A stretch of 64,000 nt of DNA from Antedon mediterranea (taxonomy: Eukaryota; Animalia; Echinodermata). The stretch lies in contig NC_092677.1 in assembly GCF_964355755.1 (NCBI RefSeq), positions 19,676,101 to 19,740,100 on the forward strand, in the 5' to 3' direction. Numbering within the stretch: position 1 is the first letter of the stretch; every line of letters begins with the position of its first letter. Positions 38,427 through 52,143 of this stretch are shown here, one piece after another. The notes under the pieces are model-generated. The model made no database searches and was not told the origin of the DNA. It worked only from the letters and a program-made list of their open reading frames with translations. Position numbers and translations under genes: made by a program.

Positions 38427-41400
38427 ATATACTCTAGTAGCTAGATCAACTTTCGTATGCACTTTGAGGTCCAGAGAATTTGACTTCAGAAATTGGTTTA
38501 GGATGGTCAAACAATCATTATTGGTTTGGTTACACATTTTGAAAATCTGGCGAAAGGTCAAAAGGTCAGGGTGAAAGGTTATGAAACTAAACACCAATAA
38601 GTCCTTAAATCTCAACAACCACTGGTCACAGCGAGGTAATTTTGGTCTCAAATTGATCAGAAGGTATACATTTATATTCAGTCTAATGGGAAATTTTAGT
38701 CAAAAATGACCGGAAATGCCATTTCTGACCTTTGACCCACACCCCAGGGCATGTATGTATCTCCGTAAACTACTGATTGTAGACACTTGAATTTGGTCTT
38801 AAATTGTTTGAAATAAACATTTTGTTATTTGTTGCACATTTTTAAAAATGTTACAAAAGGTCAAAGGGTCAGGGTCAAGGGTTATATGAACAAATATAAA
38901 TAGATACTTGTATCTCGGCAACCACTCGTCGCAGTAAGTCAATTTTAGTCTCAAAATGTTCAGAAGGCATGCTTTCATATTCAATCTAATGGGACATTTT
39001 AGTCAAATTTAGTCAGAAATGCCATTTTTTTACCTTTGACCCACATATCATGGCATCTTCATATCTCTGTAAGTACTGGTCGTAGAAACTTAAATTTGGT
39101 ATCAAATTGTTCGAAATATACATATTTACATTCATTGTAATAGAACATGTGGTTAAAAGATGAACAGAAATACTATTACTAATGTTTCAAACAAAAAACT
39201 AATCTCTACATAACTTATCCAGTAATGTTATGCAATAACTGATACTTTAAATTGTTTCAATTTCAAGTACTAGTTATTGCTGTCCCCAAGAACATTTTGA
39301 TAGAAACGTCAAGCTCAACGGTTCTTTTCGGAATGCTAGAAGTAACTTTCCATGTGTATCCGATTAAACGCCCCGGGCATTTATTGTTCAAAAGGGTTTT
39401 TAGGGGGAGGGGAGGCATCTTTATTTGGAGTATAATATGGTAACATGTATAATATAATAATTACCACCTAGATGTAAAAAAAATACAGCACAATTAATAT
39501 CAAAAAGTGAAAAAAAATGCTTGGTAAATTGTAGATGGTAGTTAATGTAATGTGTTGTGATACAATTATTGTGTAAATGCATATGGCGGGCGTATTCCAC
39601 ATGGTGTTCTATTGGAGGGAATGGTGGCGTTTATTTGAGGGAGGCTTTTATTCAAAGTGGGTGTTAATTCGAATACATTTTAATAATTATAATCGTTTCT
39701 CAACTGATAAAAGGTACTTTACATGATTCGTTTTCTTCTTTATGGTTTTTAACGAAATGTTTCTGTCTTTTAGAATAAAAGTGACACTGTCATAGATAAC
39801 ATTAAATGGATCTTCTCTTCCAGGTGCCAGTATAATGATATAAAACAATGACATATCATTATCCTGACACGATTGCACTCATAATGGATCTTCATTCTAT
39901 CATCTGTTTGTTTGTGACTACAATTTGACAACAATCTTTTGCATATTTTTAAATGCCAATACATAGTTTCATTACTATTGTACAATATGTCCAGCTTTCC
40001 TGAAAACACCCTTGTGTACTGTAGTACAGTGTTGTAGTATGATTTTATCATGATAACTTCTGATGCTTTTATTGTCAATGCATTCAGTACCTAAAACATG
40101 TCATAGTTTCTAGTGGTATTGATAATAAATCTCCAGAAACATATATTGTTTTATTAACTACACTGGGAACAGACGTGTATAATATACACCGACAAAACTT
40201 ATACATATTATGTACCGGTATAAGTTTTGTCGGTAACATTCAAAAATATTATGCAACAGTGTTACGGAATAATGACAATGAATTGATCTATTATAGTTGT
40301 CTCTGATACCTTTTATTACATGATTGTACTTGCACCAGAATAGAATGAGGTTTAATCCAGTTATTATTCTTGTTATATTAATTAATTTTTTTTTAATCTG
40401 GGGTGTATTTATTTGATTATACATGTTACCATTATTACACCCAAACAAAATAAACGCCTTCCCTGAATAAATAAATGCCCGGGCCTTTTATTCGGGTAAT
40501 TTAACTATGGTAAGTTACTTCTAGCATTCTTAACTGTTGAGCTAGAGTATTTATTCGAATTAACACCCGCTTTGAATAAAAGCCTCCATTCCCTCCAATA
40601 GAACATCATGTGGAATAAACGCTCCGCCACATGCATTTACAAAATAATTGTATCACAACACATTTCATTAACTACCATAATCTACAATTTACCGAGCATC
40701 TTGACATAATTTTATTATTTTTTGATATTAATTGTGCTGTATTTTTTTTACATCTAGGTGGTATTTATTTGATTATGCTACCATATTATACTCCAAATAA
40801 AGATGCCTCCCCTCCCCCTAAAAACCCGTTTGAACAATAAATGCCCGGGGTGTTTAATCGGATACATGGCAAGTTACTTCTAGTATTCTGAAAAGAATTG
40901 TTGAGCTTGACGTTTATATCAAAATTGTTCTCGTGGACAGCAATAACTAGTACTTGAAATTGAAACAATTTAAAGTATCAGTTATTGCATAACATTACTG
41001 TCTAAGGATAAGTTGTGTAGAGATATGTTTTTTGTTTTAAACATTAGTAATAGTATTTTCTGTTCATCTTTTAACCACATTTTTTATTACAATGAATGTA
41101 ATTTGATACCAAATTTAAGTTTCTACGACCTGTACTTACAGAGATATGAAGATGCCCTGGTATGTGGGTCAAAGGTCAGAAATGGCATTTCTGATCATTT
41201 TTTACTAAAATGCCCCATTAGTCGGAATATAAATGCATACCTCCTGATCAATTTGAGACCAAAATTACTTCGCTGTGACCAGTGGTTGTTGAGATTTAAG
41301 ACATATTGGTGTTTGGTCTTATGACCTTTCACCCTGACCTTTTGACCTTTCGCCACATTTTCAAAATGTGTAACCAAGCCAAAAATGATTGTTTGACCAC

Positions 41401-41477
41401 CCTAAACCAATTTCTGAAGTCAAATTCTCTGGACCTCAAAGTGCATACGAAAGTTGATCTAGCTACTACTAGAGTAT
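38427..41477. mobile_element. ~3-kb foldback element with ~0.9-1.25-kb modular inverted arms
   Basis: Left arm 38427-~39680 and right arm ~40550-41477 are reverse complements (tatactctagtagctagatcaactttcg / cgaaagttgatctagctactactagagtata). ~0.85-kb spacer with no recognisable transposase. Confidence 0.9.
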
Positions 41478-42228
41478 AAATAGAATTATGATAATATACT
41501 TTGCAATTGTAAACTATTTTATAATACATATTTATTAACAAACTAGTGTACATTCACTTTTACAGACAATTATTTACTAACATGCTAAATTAGTTCACAA
41601 AAAAGGCCTAACACAGCAACACCAAAAATCAACGAATCGTTACTCAACACGGCCTATTCTTTACCATTGCCGCGTACTACTCTACGCCCGGTAAATTAAG
41701 TATTGTTTTTATGATATAAATTAATATAAAATACATGTTATTAATAGGATAAAATGTTAAATTTCATTCACATTTATTTGTTTTACCAGAAACAATTTAA
41801 ATATACACCAACACGCCCGGTCACGCTATCGTAGCGCCCGGTTGATAAATCGAACTGTTTATACGGCAGTTTTTACTAAATAAATTGCATAAAACAAACA
41901 ATTAAATATCCAAACAGCATTTAACATGATGTTGGCATGTAGTTAATAACATTTTTTATCATGAAAATACTACCGGTGGTCCAGCCTTTGATTAGTGAAA
42001 CCGTCACAAAAAGTTGTATACATCCCAGATACATCCTCACTTATGGCGGCGCCCTACCACATGGACAATATTACTGTTACAGGAAAAATCGCGGATTACT
42101 CATTCTTGCTTGTGACATATATTCTTTGAGCACATGTAGTCTTTCTTCCACCACGTACTCTCGACTCCTCAACCAACACGTCTGACTGTACCGTGCGACC
42201 ACTGGGGTTAGTCTATATAGCCTAGGTT

Positions 42229-42279
42229 ATGGGAAAACGAGGCAAAAAGCATAATGGACCAAAACGGCAAAGAAATTGG
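42229..42279 (+). CDS. NSUN2: NSUN2 tRNA (cytosine-C5)-methyltransferase, candidate coding exon 1
   Basis: MGKRGKKHNGPKRQRNW followed by a gtaaga donor. The basic MG(R/K)R N-terminus is as in NSUN2/Trm4, and phase 0 fits exon 2. Confidence 0.7.
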
Positions 42280-42630
42280 GTAAGAATGTAGGCCTAGGCC
42301 TAGTTATAATACTAAATATCCTAGGCCTATTTAGTATTATAACCGAAAGCGACAGCCAGTGACTGATGAGGTTGTCAAAGACCGGGCCCATAAAATGTGG
42401 TCCCGATCGTCTCATGAGTTGGCCCGATCGTCTCATTTTGTTTGGAACCATGTTGGTCCCGATTTACTTATTCGTAGGGCCCGATTGTTTTAGCTCAGGG
42501 AATGATAGTCTTTGTGTTCACACAGTGTTCTCCCCAGGATTCACATCAAGCGTGACGCTTCTGTTTGGATTTTGGATTCTGACACTAGGCCTAGTAGTAG
42601 GCCTAGTAGTAGTAGGCTAGTACATGAGTC

Positions 42631-44243
42631 GGATTACGGCCAACTAAAGCGGCCGCTAGTTCAATAACGGTAATCTGTATGGAACGCCGTGTGCGCTTTG
42701 ATTGTCGTTGTTTTGTAATCTTTGATCGTCATTGTTTCGACAGGTTTTCTTTACCTCGGACGTAAATAACAATCTACATTATTATGTAATTCTCTTTTTT
42801 TTTACAGATTGAATGTGATACGCGTACGTTCTTTTAAACGAAATGGCGAATCGATGATTACTTATTTTAACTGTTCTAAATGATATACATATGTTTAATA
42901 AAGTTTATAAAATACATTGTGGTGTTTATATTGTATATTAATATAATATAATAATAAGCCAATTATTAAGAATTATATATAAATAAACCAATCAATAAAG
43001 TATATCAAAATATATAAATATATTAATAATTAAAAATATTTGTTATTGTATATTAATTAATTAATAAAGTAACTATTGTAGTGTTCGCAATCATAATTTA
43101 ATTACAATAACATGATGACAGCAATTTATTTAATATCCTACACTATTTTATTACTTCAGATATTTAAATATTGATCAATTGAAAATGAGTTTTAAATACT
43201 TAAATAAGATGAAAGTGTCTGTTTGATACGGTAATTAATTACGCGAATTTCTGCTAATAACGCGACTGACGGCCAGCAATAGTGCTGCTGCACATTAGGT
43301 GCGCGTCCCATGTTGCTTTATTGAAAACACAAACAATGTATTACAATGGAATAACACTTAAATGTATAACACACCCTAATACTAATAATAAAAACCAAGA
43401 TTCGATAGTACAGTATGTAAATGAGATATAAATATTCGGCAATACCGTACGTAAATTATTATTGCAATACTGTATAAAGATTCGATAGTATGTAAACAAG
43501 ATATAAATATTCGGCAATACCGTACGTAAATTATTATTTAATGCAATACTGTATAAAGATTCGATTAAGTCTGTAAATGAGATATCAAGATTCGGCAATA
43601 CCGTAGGTAAATTATTAATGCAATACTGTATAAAATTCGATAGTTAAATGTAAATGAGATATAAATATTCGGCAATACCGTACGTAAATTATTATTGCAA
43701 TACTGTATAAAATTCGATAGTTAAATATGAATGAGATATAAATATTCGGCAATACCGTACGTAAATTATTATTGCAATACTGTATAAAATTCGATAGTAT
43801 GTAAATGAGATATAAAGATTCGGAAATACCGTACGTAAATTATTATTATTGCAATACTGTTTGTATAAGGATTCAATAGTATATAAACGAGATATAAAGA
43901 TTCGGCAATACCGTATACGTAAATTGCAATACTGTATAAGGATTCAATAGTATGTAAACGAGATATAAAGGTTCGGCAAGATATATTTCGATATATGTAT
44001 TAGTTAATAGTAAATACAAATAAAATATACATTTATTTATCGGCAGGCAAACTTAATTATTATAGAAATATAAAGATTTGATAGTACATGAGTTGGCTTA
44101 TATTTATTTAACTGTAACTCAACTCGCCATAGGCCATGGCGTTGACAACGACAATCAAAGATTAAAGCGCACATGGCGTTCCATACAAATGACGATATTA
44201 AACTGGCGGCCGCTTTGGTTGGCGGCCGCTTCGACCATACTCC
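42631..44243. mobile_element. Non-autonomous DNA transposon with GG..CC termini, ~110-bp TIRs and an 8-bp TSD, in NSUN2 intron 1
   Basis: TSD catgagtc at 42623-42630 and 44244-44251. Arms share aaagcggccgc...tgtatggaacgcc.tgtgcgcttt...gattgtcgttg in inverted orientation. Merlin or MULE affinity is uncertain. Confidence 0.75.
43398..43980. repeat. ~76-bp tandem repeat, ~8 copies
   Basis: attcggcaataccgtacgtaaattattattgcaatactgtata recurs every ~71-82 bp. Confidence 0.9.
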
Positions 44244-44395
44244 CATGAGTCGCAGCCCTAACCATTAACGAAGCGATTTTTGGTAATTGACACCCTAGTA
44301 GATGGCCAGAAATGGTTTTCTCGCAAGTAAAATTCATGTTGAATGACACCCTAGTTTGGCCGGAAACGACACTTATATTATAGCGCGCACGCAAA

Positions 44396-44700
44396 CAGCC
44401 TACTTTTTCCGCCGGTAAACATACGCGATAAGAAACATTTTTTGCGTTCATTACGAACATCAGGGGGAGGTCCCAAATAAAGAAAAAAAAGCAAAACGAT
44501 TGTAGCCTACTACTTTTCCGCCGGTAAACATAAGCGATAAGAAACATATTTTGCGTTCATTACAAACGTCAGGGGGAGGTCCCAAATGAAAAAAAAAAAC
44601 AGCAACACGATCATAGCCTACTTTTCCGCCGGTAAACATACGCAATAAGAAACATTTTTTGCGTTCATTACAAACGTCGAGGAAGTCCCGAAGGAAAAAA
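44396..44700. repeat. ~110-bp tandem repeat x3
   Basis: gcctacttttccgccggtaaacata...gcgttcattac...cagggggaggtcccaaat at ~44396, 44504 and 44615. Confidence 0.85.
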
Positions 44701-45507
44701 AAGACCTACTCTTCAAAAACGAAATGACGCGCGCTATCAAACAGCAGAACGATCGTAGCCTTCTTATATTATACTGTACGAAAAGCAGGTAGCAAATGAA
44801 TTGCGCCTAGCAAATCAATCGTGCCTAACAAATCAATCGCATCTAGCAAATCAAACGTGCCTAGCAAATCAAACGCATCTTTGATGATGTGTGTACGTTA
44901 CCGACAAAAGAGTAAAGAGTCTATTAATTGAGTGTGATTATCATTATGATATTTATTTTTAATACACATAACATTTTCATAAGAAAAACAGTCATTATTT
45001 TAACTAAAAACTTTGTTTACAATATAAAAGTTACCGAATTAAATAGACAATTCGGACAACAGCCAATTAATACTAGAGATCGAAAGAAAGACATGGCAGC
45101 AACAAAACATGTGTTTACGTCAGGGATAAGGTCTTAAGCATCACAGCCGACCGTAAAGCGGTAGAGAACCCAAGCGTCACGGTACCATGACGCTTTAAAG
45201 GCATGGGGAGAACACTGGTTCAATATGGTAAAATCGATCATCGCGTTTTATTTTGGTCCCAATAAAAATCAGTATTATGGAACGTCACTGATACGCTTTT
45301 TTTGCTGTTGCGTTCACGTTTTTTTTTCTGTCGGTTGTTTATTAATAGAGACTTTATGAAACAACGTTTAGGGGAGGACGACGAATATACTGTGCTCGCT
45401 AGAGCGTAAAAACATATACAGTCAACCAGACATATGATTACAAATTATAAAATTATAATTGCTGTAAAGATGATTAAATTTCAATCAGTTTTATTTTTTT
45501 CCCAAAA

Positions 45508-45745
45508 AAATTTAGCATAGGAACAGCATCAGGGCGAATAGTCTTTCTACAGCTCCGTATAGCTTGAAGGCATCCTCCGCAAAGTGGGCACTGCAGATCC
45601 TTGAATCTTTGTTCTGTAGCAGATTTTTAAGTTTCAAGGCTTCAAGCCACTTCTTCATCAATTACTTTTTTTCAGCGGCATGCGATGATAACTGACGTCT
45701 TTATATCTATGTGACTTGTTATGGTCATACCATACAGTGCTTCAT
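45508..45745 (-). pseudogene. Degenerate THAP zinc-finger coding remnant (transposon-derived)
   Basis: Across frameshifts it reads MKHCMV...KDVSYHRMPLKK / LMKKWLEALKLKNLLQNKDSRICSAHFAEDAF / IRPDAVPML, which carries the THAP P, W, CSxHF and AVP motifs. Confidence 0.7.
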
Positions 45746-46013
45746 TTTGAAGCTAAGAGTAGACACAAAAAATAATAACAAAAGGCAAGATAATAATAAA
45801 TTGGGTTCGTTCGTTCTTGTCAGTTCGAGAGGAGATGTTACGTAACATAACATGGTAACGTGACCTTTACAACTAAGGTCATAACCTAACTGCTGAAAAA
45901 AATATTCAGCGATTTTCAATATTTTTAGTAATAGAGAAGTCAAACTCTGTCTAGAACCTAGACTAACACATTCGATAGTTTAAATTTTTATCAATGATTT
46001 TTTCTGTTTATAG

Positions 46014-46079
46014 TGTAAACAAAAAGAACATTATCCAGACATTGAAAAGAAAAACATAGAGTTTGAAAAATATTATAAG
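46014..46079 (+). CDS. NSUN2: NSUN2 coding exon 2
   Basis: AG|CKQKEHYPDIEKKNIEFEKYYK|gtaagc (cf. YPEIVKENKLFEHYYQ). Confidence 0.88.
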
Positions 46080-46423
46080 GTAAGCTTTGTTAAATTATGA
46101 AATAGTTAATATGGTGCCCATACATTCCTTTTATCATTCATACATGAATGGCGTTTGCTATGTATTAGCTTATTTTCCAAAATTTTATAAACACACCTAC
46201 TGATAGTGTTAATTATGACAAAGGATGCTGGCAACTAGGCAACTGAAAATGGCAAGGCTGTTGTTTTTTCGAACTATCATTAAATAGTGCATACTATTGC
46301 AAGCTATATGACCCACAATCATCCATCAAATGACAGGAATTTATTTAGGTGTTAAATAAATACCATATATATTGTTAGAACTTCTAATTATATCATCAAT
46401 ACTGAACCTTTTTTGTCTTACAG

Positions 46424-46518
46424 GCTCAGGAAATTGTTCCAGTTTCTGAGTGGGAACAATTCATTGCAACCTTACAGAAACCCCTACCTGCAACTTTTCG
46501 AATTACAGGATTTCGAAG
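46424..46518 (+). CDS. NSUN2: NSUN2 coding exon 3
   Basis: AG|AQEIVPVSEWEQFIATLQKPLPATFRITGFR|gtaacg. Confidence 0.92.
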
Positions 46519-46694
46519 GTAACGTCTGTTTTGTATACAAGCGGAAAATGTATTGTTTTCATGTTTGAGTTCCACATTTTGAAACTGCTAACCTGGTAAA
46601 TGAACTGTGTAATTTTCGAGTGTCAAATAAATAAAAGTCATCTACCGGAACTCAAACTCACGAAGATTAGCCCACAACATCACAAGACAACGTA

Positions 46695-47146
46695 CAGTAG
46701 AACCTTCATTTTACGTACGGTATGGGACCGAAAGGCATACGTAAAACATGGGATTCGTAAAATCCAGGTTGACCTTAAATTGACCCGAAAATACGTAGAT
46801 CGTAGCTAAAAAGGCTGCCATGTTTGTCTACTTTACTGTACAGCATGCAGGTGGTCACTAGCTAAATCTACAGTAGGCCAGGCCAGCAGGCCTAGCAAGA
46901 TGTGAGGCCTAACTAGAAAAGTACAGTATATACAGCCTGTGCGTGTTTAAATAAAGTGTTATAAATAAAATTTCAATGTTATTGTATAAATAAACAATAA
47001 AAACAGTCGCTGCTGTAGGGGAAATGCGCGTATGTAGCTTGTCTCACACAGCAGAGTTTTTTGTTGTTGTTAAATTGCGCCCTCAATGTAAGAAAATGAT
47101 GACATCATCGGTCATTTTAAGCGTACGTAAAACACAGGTTCTACTG
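46695..47146. mobile_element. Tc1/mariner (pogo/Tigger-like) MITE, TA TSD
   Basis: TA|cagtagaacct...ttttacgtacg ... cgtacgtaaaa...aggttctactg|TA. Confidence 0.8.
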
Positions 47147-48190
47147 TATTGCACATAAAAGGCAAACAGACCAGTACAACAGTACTGATTAGATACTCTC
47201 TTCTAAATGTATTCTTAATAATAGTAAATTAATTGTAGATGAATTTAGATAGTATGGTTAGTGACCATAACATGTTTATTCTAAATTTAATTAATAAAGA
47301 AAATAATTTGTATAGTTCATGTGAATGTAAAAAGAATAACTCTGTTTTTTGGGATAACCCATAAAGATAAAAGATTATTCTGCTTTTTTGACCACAATGA
47401 AGTTAAAATAGGCTTTGATAACTGGGTTGTCAAATACAAAATTTCTCATCTGATTTCCTGCAGTTTTGAAGTAATTTTAATGTAAATTACGAACTATTTT
47501 CTAGACACCATTCGACGAATCTTCATGTGGCGACTTGATTTTATGATGTATAATTAATTTGAACCAATCGCGATAGAGATTTTACGTCATGCCTTATCTA
47601 CTACAATAACAAACAATTCTCAGCATGGCCGAAAAAAACAATAATGCGAATATGCAAAAGTAGTCACAGAAAAAGATGTAATTATTTAACAGAAATAAGT
47701 GGATTATACATTAAGGTTTTGGTCCTTTACAAATGTACTATAGAAGAAACGAACCGAATGTGCAAATTAAAGGCAAAAAACTAGATAGTTTACCTGTCAA
47801 TAGCTGAAATATAATGTCACTGAAAGGGAAATTTGTAGCCATGCCTTCTCGCACATCGGCTCCCTCCTACACTTAGCTGACATGCCGACCATGATTATCT
47901 AGGCCAAGGTAATACATTTCAATAATCTTCAGTGAAAAACATATTTAGCACCTCTTCATTGTAGTGCTGATTACAAAACCCTTATGTAAAATTTCATTAA
48001 AAAATCTTTTAAATTGATCTTTTTAATTTTTTTAAAATTTTTTAAATACTTCAATGACCTGATATACTGTAGAGTGAATATAACAACATGAAAAAAAGAT
48101 ATTTTCTTTGACTATAGTCGCCGCTAGGGTTGTAAGTGTTGAGCTAAGTTTGTTATTACTGACAATATTTTCATGTTTTAATTTTAACAG

Positions 48191-48295
48191 TCATGCAAAG
48201 CATCTACTGAAGTTTTTGAAGAGCCATTTGTTCACAGATCTCTTGGGCGATGCGATTGATGGAGTTCAAATTGACAAACCAAAACCAATTTCTTG
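48191..48295 (+). CDS. NSUN2: NSUN2 coding exon 4
   Basis: AG|SHAKHLLKFLKSHLFTDLLGDAIDGVQIDKPKPISW|gtaata. Confidence 0.9.
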
Positions 48296-48398
48296 GTAAT
48301 ATACAGTTTTCAGCTAACATAGTGTATATGTCGAACCACACAAAAATATTATTTCTCTTTAAAGTTTAAGCTTTAATATTCAAATTTATTTGTTTCAG

Positions 48399-48504
48399 GT
48401 ATCCAGATGAGTTAGCTTGGCAGTTGAGTTTAACCCGAACCAATATCCGCAAAGTTCCAGGTCTTGAAAACCTCCATAAATTTTTGGTTGAGGAGACAGA
48501 AAGC
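48399..48504 (+). CDS. NSUN2: NSUN2 coding exon 5
   Basis: AG|YPDELAWQLSLTRTNIRKVPGLENLHKFLVEETES|gtaagc. Confidence 0.93.
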
Positions 48505-49356
48505 GTAAGCTTAATTTCTTTGCTTGAACCTCTGATATATTTGCGATTATTGTATTTAATTTAAAAAGATGACATGCCATGTCATACATCATTAAAATGC
48601 ATTTACCATGATCTACAAATTACACCACTGATCAGCGGACCTTCAACATTCTTTCGCATCTACTGTAACTCTGTAGTTTTTAAATAAAAGTCTATTGCAT
48701 TAATTTCTTCACACATACATCCCTTGCCGAATGAAGTTCAAAACAACTCAAATGAGAGCCTAGCTGGGAGTTGCAGCAGACCAAACAGGTGTTTGCGCCA
48801 TGTAAAAAAACATAAATATTTAGGAACAACGTAGATTGTGAATTCAACTGGAATGCTAAGACTTTGAATATTGTTAAAAAATCTTTCTCTGAACTCTTTC
48901 AAAGTGAATAATAATGTACTTTTTTTGTTTTACCAGAGTGTTATTCTTTAAGTATTGTAACTTTCAATTGTGTTGTCTGGTACACTAGCCTTAATGCTAA
49001 TAATAACAAGAAACTTGACCATATAATAATAACTGCAAGTAAAGTAATAGGTAGAAATGTCAATGTTATTGACGTAATATACAGGCGGGATGTTATTAGC
49101 CAAGTTAAGAAAATAATGGATAGCTCACACCCGTTAAATGATAAGTATGGAGAATCCATCCTTTAAAATTTCCAAACCTGTGATGGTGACCAGTGTTTTT
49201 TTCTCTTTTTTTTGACATGAACCACGACTTTTATTCAATTTCATATACAGTTTAATGCATCTTTCCTTTTTCATTATTTATGCTCTTTTTTTATTTTCCT
49301 TCTATTCTATCCTACAATTTGGTCAAAAAATACACAATTAATTTTTTGTTCATTAG

Positions 49357-49548
<192 letters not shown>

Positions 49549-50471
49549 TAAGGTTTCATACAATAAAAATAGGTGATCATTTTATTCTAAATGATCACCT
49601 ATTTTTATTTTATGAAATCTTTATTATTATTATTATTATTCTTCTTTCTGTACACTATTTTGTGTAACAATTATCTCAAAAAGTTGAATGTCAATGATGA
49701 CAAAAATTTCACAATATCTTTCAAACAAAAACCTAATCCTAATAATCTTTTCAGTGTGATCACACAACCGTGATGTCAATTATACGCCATTTTGTGAAAT
49801 CACATTATCAATCATATTTCCATAACTCGTCATAAAATATCAATAAAATTCACTATACGCACTGCACTTCTACATGTCAAATTTTCTTCTAAATCATATA
49901 TTATATTTATTCTTCATACAAAAAATTTGAACATGATGTGGGTCCAGTAATTTCACCTATATATACAGTGAACTATAACGTATACTGTATACAGTATATT
50001 AATAGGCACAATTGCATCTGGTCATAGGATGGCATACATCAACATTTTGCGATATGATTTTAACGTATGTGCATGTTTAAAAAAATTTAATGTCAATAAA
50101 GTTATGAAAATGATCACCTTTAATGCGTAACAAATTAAATTCTAGTTTTTATCTGAATTTATATGTTTTACCTCTTTTGATTTGGTGGCCTCAGGGTAAA
50201 CTTACAGGATATGATAAGTATTGACCTTATCCCGAACAAGTCAAGTTCATTCAGAATGTGTGATATTTTCCTGATCCCGGCTGGATGGACGATTCTCACC
50301 TGGATCATGTGATATCCCAAATTTGCAATCTTTTCCCAGTCCCGGCGAGATGGCCGATTCCCACCCGATCCCGGTGTGATTTGGGCATCCCTACGGGATC
50401 CTGTGACATCTCGGTGCGATCCCAAATTTGTTATGGGGAGAGTACAGCAATTAAATGAATTATCTATTTAA

Positions 50472-50711
<240 letters not shown>

Positions 50712-50867
50712 TAAAGCGAAGATCCAAGTGTAAAAAGAGGTTTTGATAGTGTCTCATTGCTACCTCTCTACAAACTTAATACACCAAGCTAAAAAAATGT
50801 GGTGTACTTAGTTTGTAGAGAGGTGGCAATGGGTGCTCTCTAAACAAGCTCTTGGACTTCTGCTTAA
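50712..50867. repeat. Palindromic element with a near-perfect 32-bp stem (50755-50831) in NSUN2 intron 7
   Basis: cattgctacctctctacaaacttaatacacca / tggtgtacttagtttgtagagaggtggcaatg with a 13-nt loop. Outer complementarity gaagatccaag / cttggacttc. Confidence 0.8.
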
Positions 50868-51038
50868 TACTTAAATATTTTAATTTACTTTTAATCACTT
50901 GGATAACATGAAAAGACCAAAAAAAGAATTAAAATGCACACATGTTCAAAGTATTAAAGTAACAACTTAGGGACATTCTAGGAAAATGCAGCTATATTCT
51001 TATATTTGTAGAGGTAAGTGACTGTGATTTTCAGCATA

Positions 51039-51273
51039 AAGATCAATGGATAGGGGTGAAAAAGATGAATGGATAGGGGTGAAAAAGATGAATGGATAGG
51101 GGTGAAAAAGATGAATGGATAGGGGTGAAAAAGATGAATGGATAGGGGTGAAAAAGATGAATGGATAGGGGTAAAAAAGATGAATGGATAGGGGTGAAAA
51201 AGATCAATGGATAGGGGTGAAAAAGATCAATGGATAGGGGTGAAAAAGATCAATGGATAGGGGTGAAAAAGAT
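51039..51273. repeat. 23-bp minisatellite (gatgaatggataggggtgaaaaa), ~10 copies
   Basis: Head-to-tail repeats without spacers. Confidence 0.95.
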
Positions 51274-51388
51274 TAGGCCAGGCCTAACCCTGATCATATG
51301 CATGGCACTTTATCCCAGCAAAGAATTATCATCGTGCTCATTGCCTAGTCAATGTAACAAACTTTAGTACAGTATAAATTGTGCATAA

Positions 51389-51493
<105 letters not shown>

Positions 51494-51930
51494 TAAGACG
51501 AGTATTAAGACCATGGTCCTTAAACTTACCTATGAAGGTTCCTATTTAAAAAAACATTCTAATCATGATGTTGTATGTACATACTTTGTGACTTTGTTAT
51601 GTTGTATGTGTATGTGTTCCTTGGTCAATCCATTCTTTGTAGAGATCAATAAATTTGTCCATTAATTATGGGGGTGTTTATTATTTATAGAATTTATAGA
51701 CTTATTCCACCATGCAGCCGAACGGCTAGCATGAGCCTAGATTAAGAACTTTAAATAACTAATATGTTATCCGCACTTAGCGACAGTCACATATTTTAAC
51801 ATACATGCATTTTGTATTTGCGCTAATCTTGTTCTAAAATTAATACTATATTTTATATAATTTTATATAGTGGGTGCATTAAGAGAGAGTAATTTTATGT
51901 TGTTGATTTCTATGTATATTTATCTTTTGA

Positions 51931-52143
<213 letters not shown>

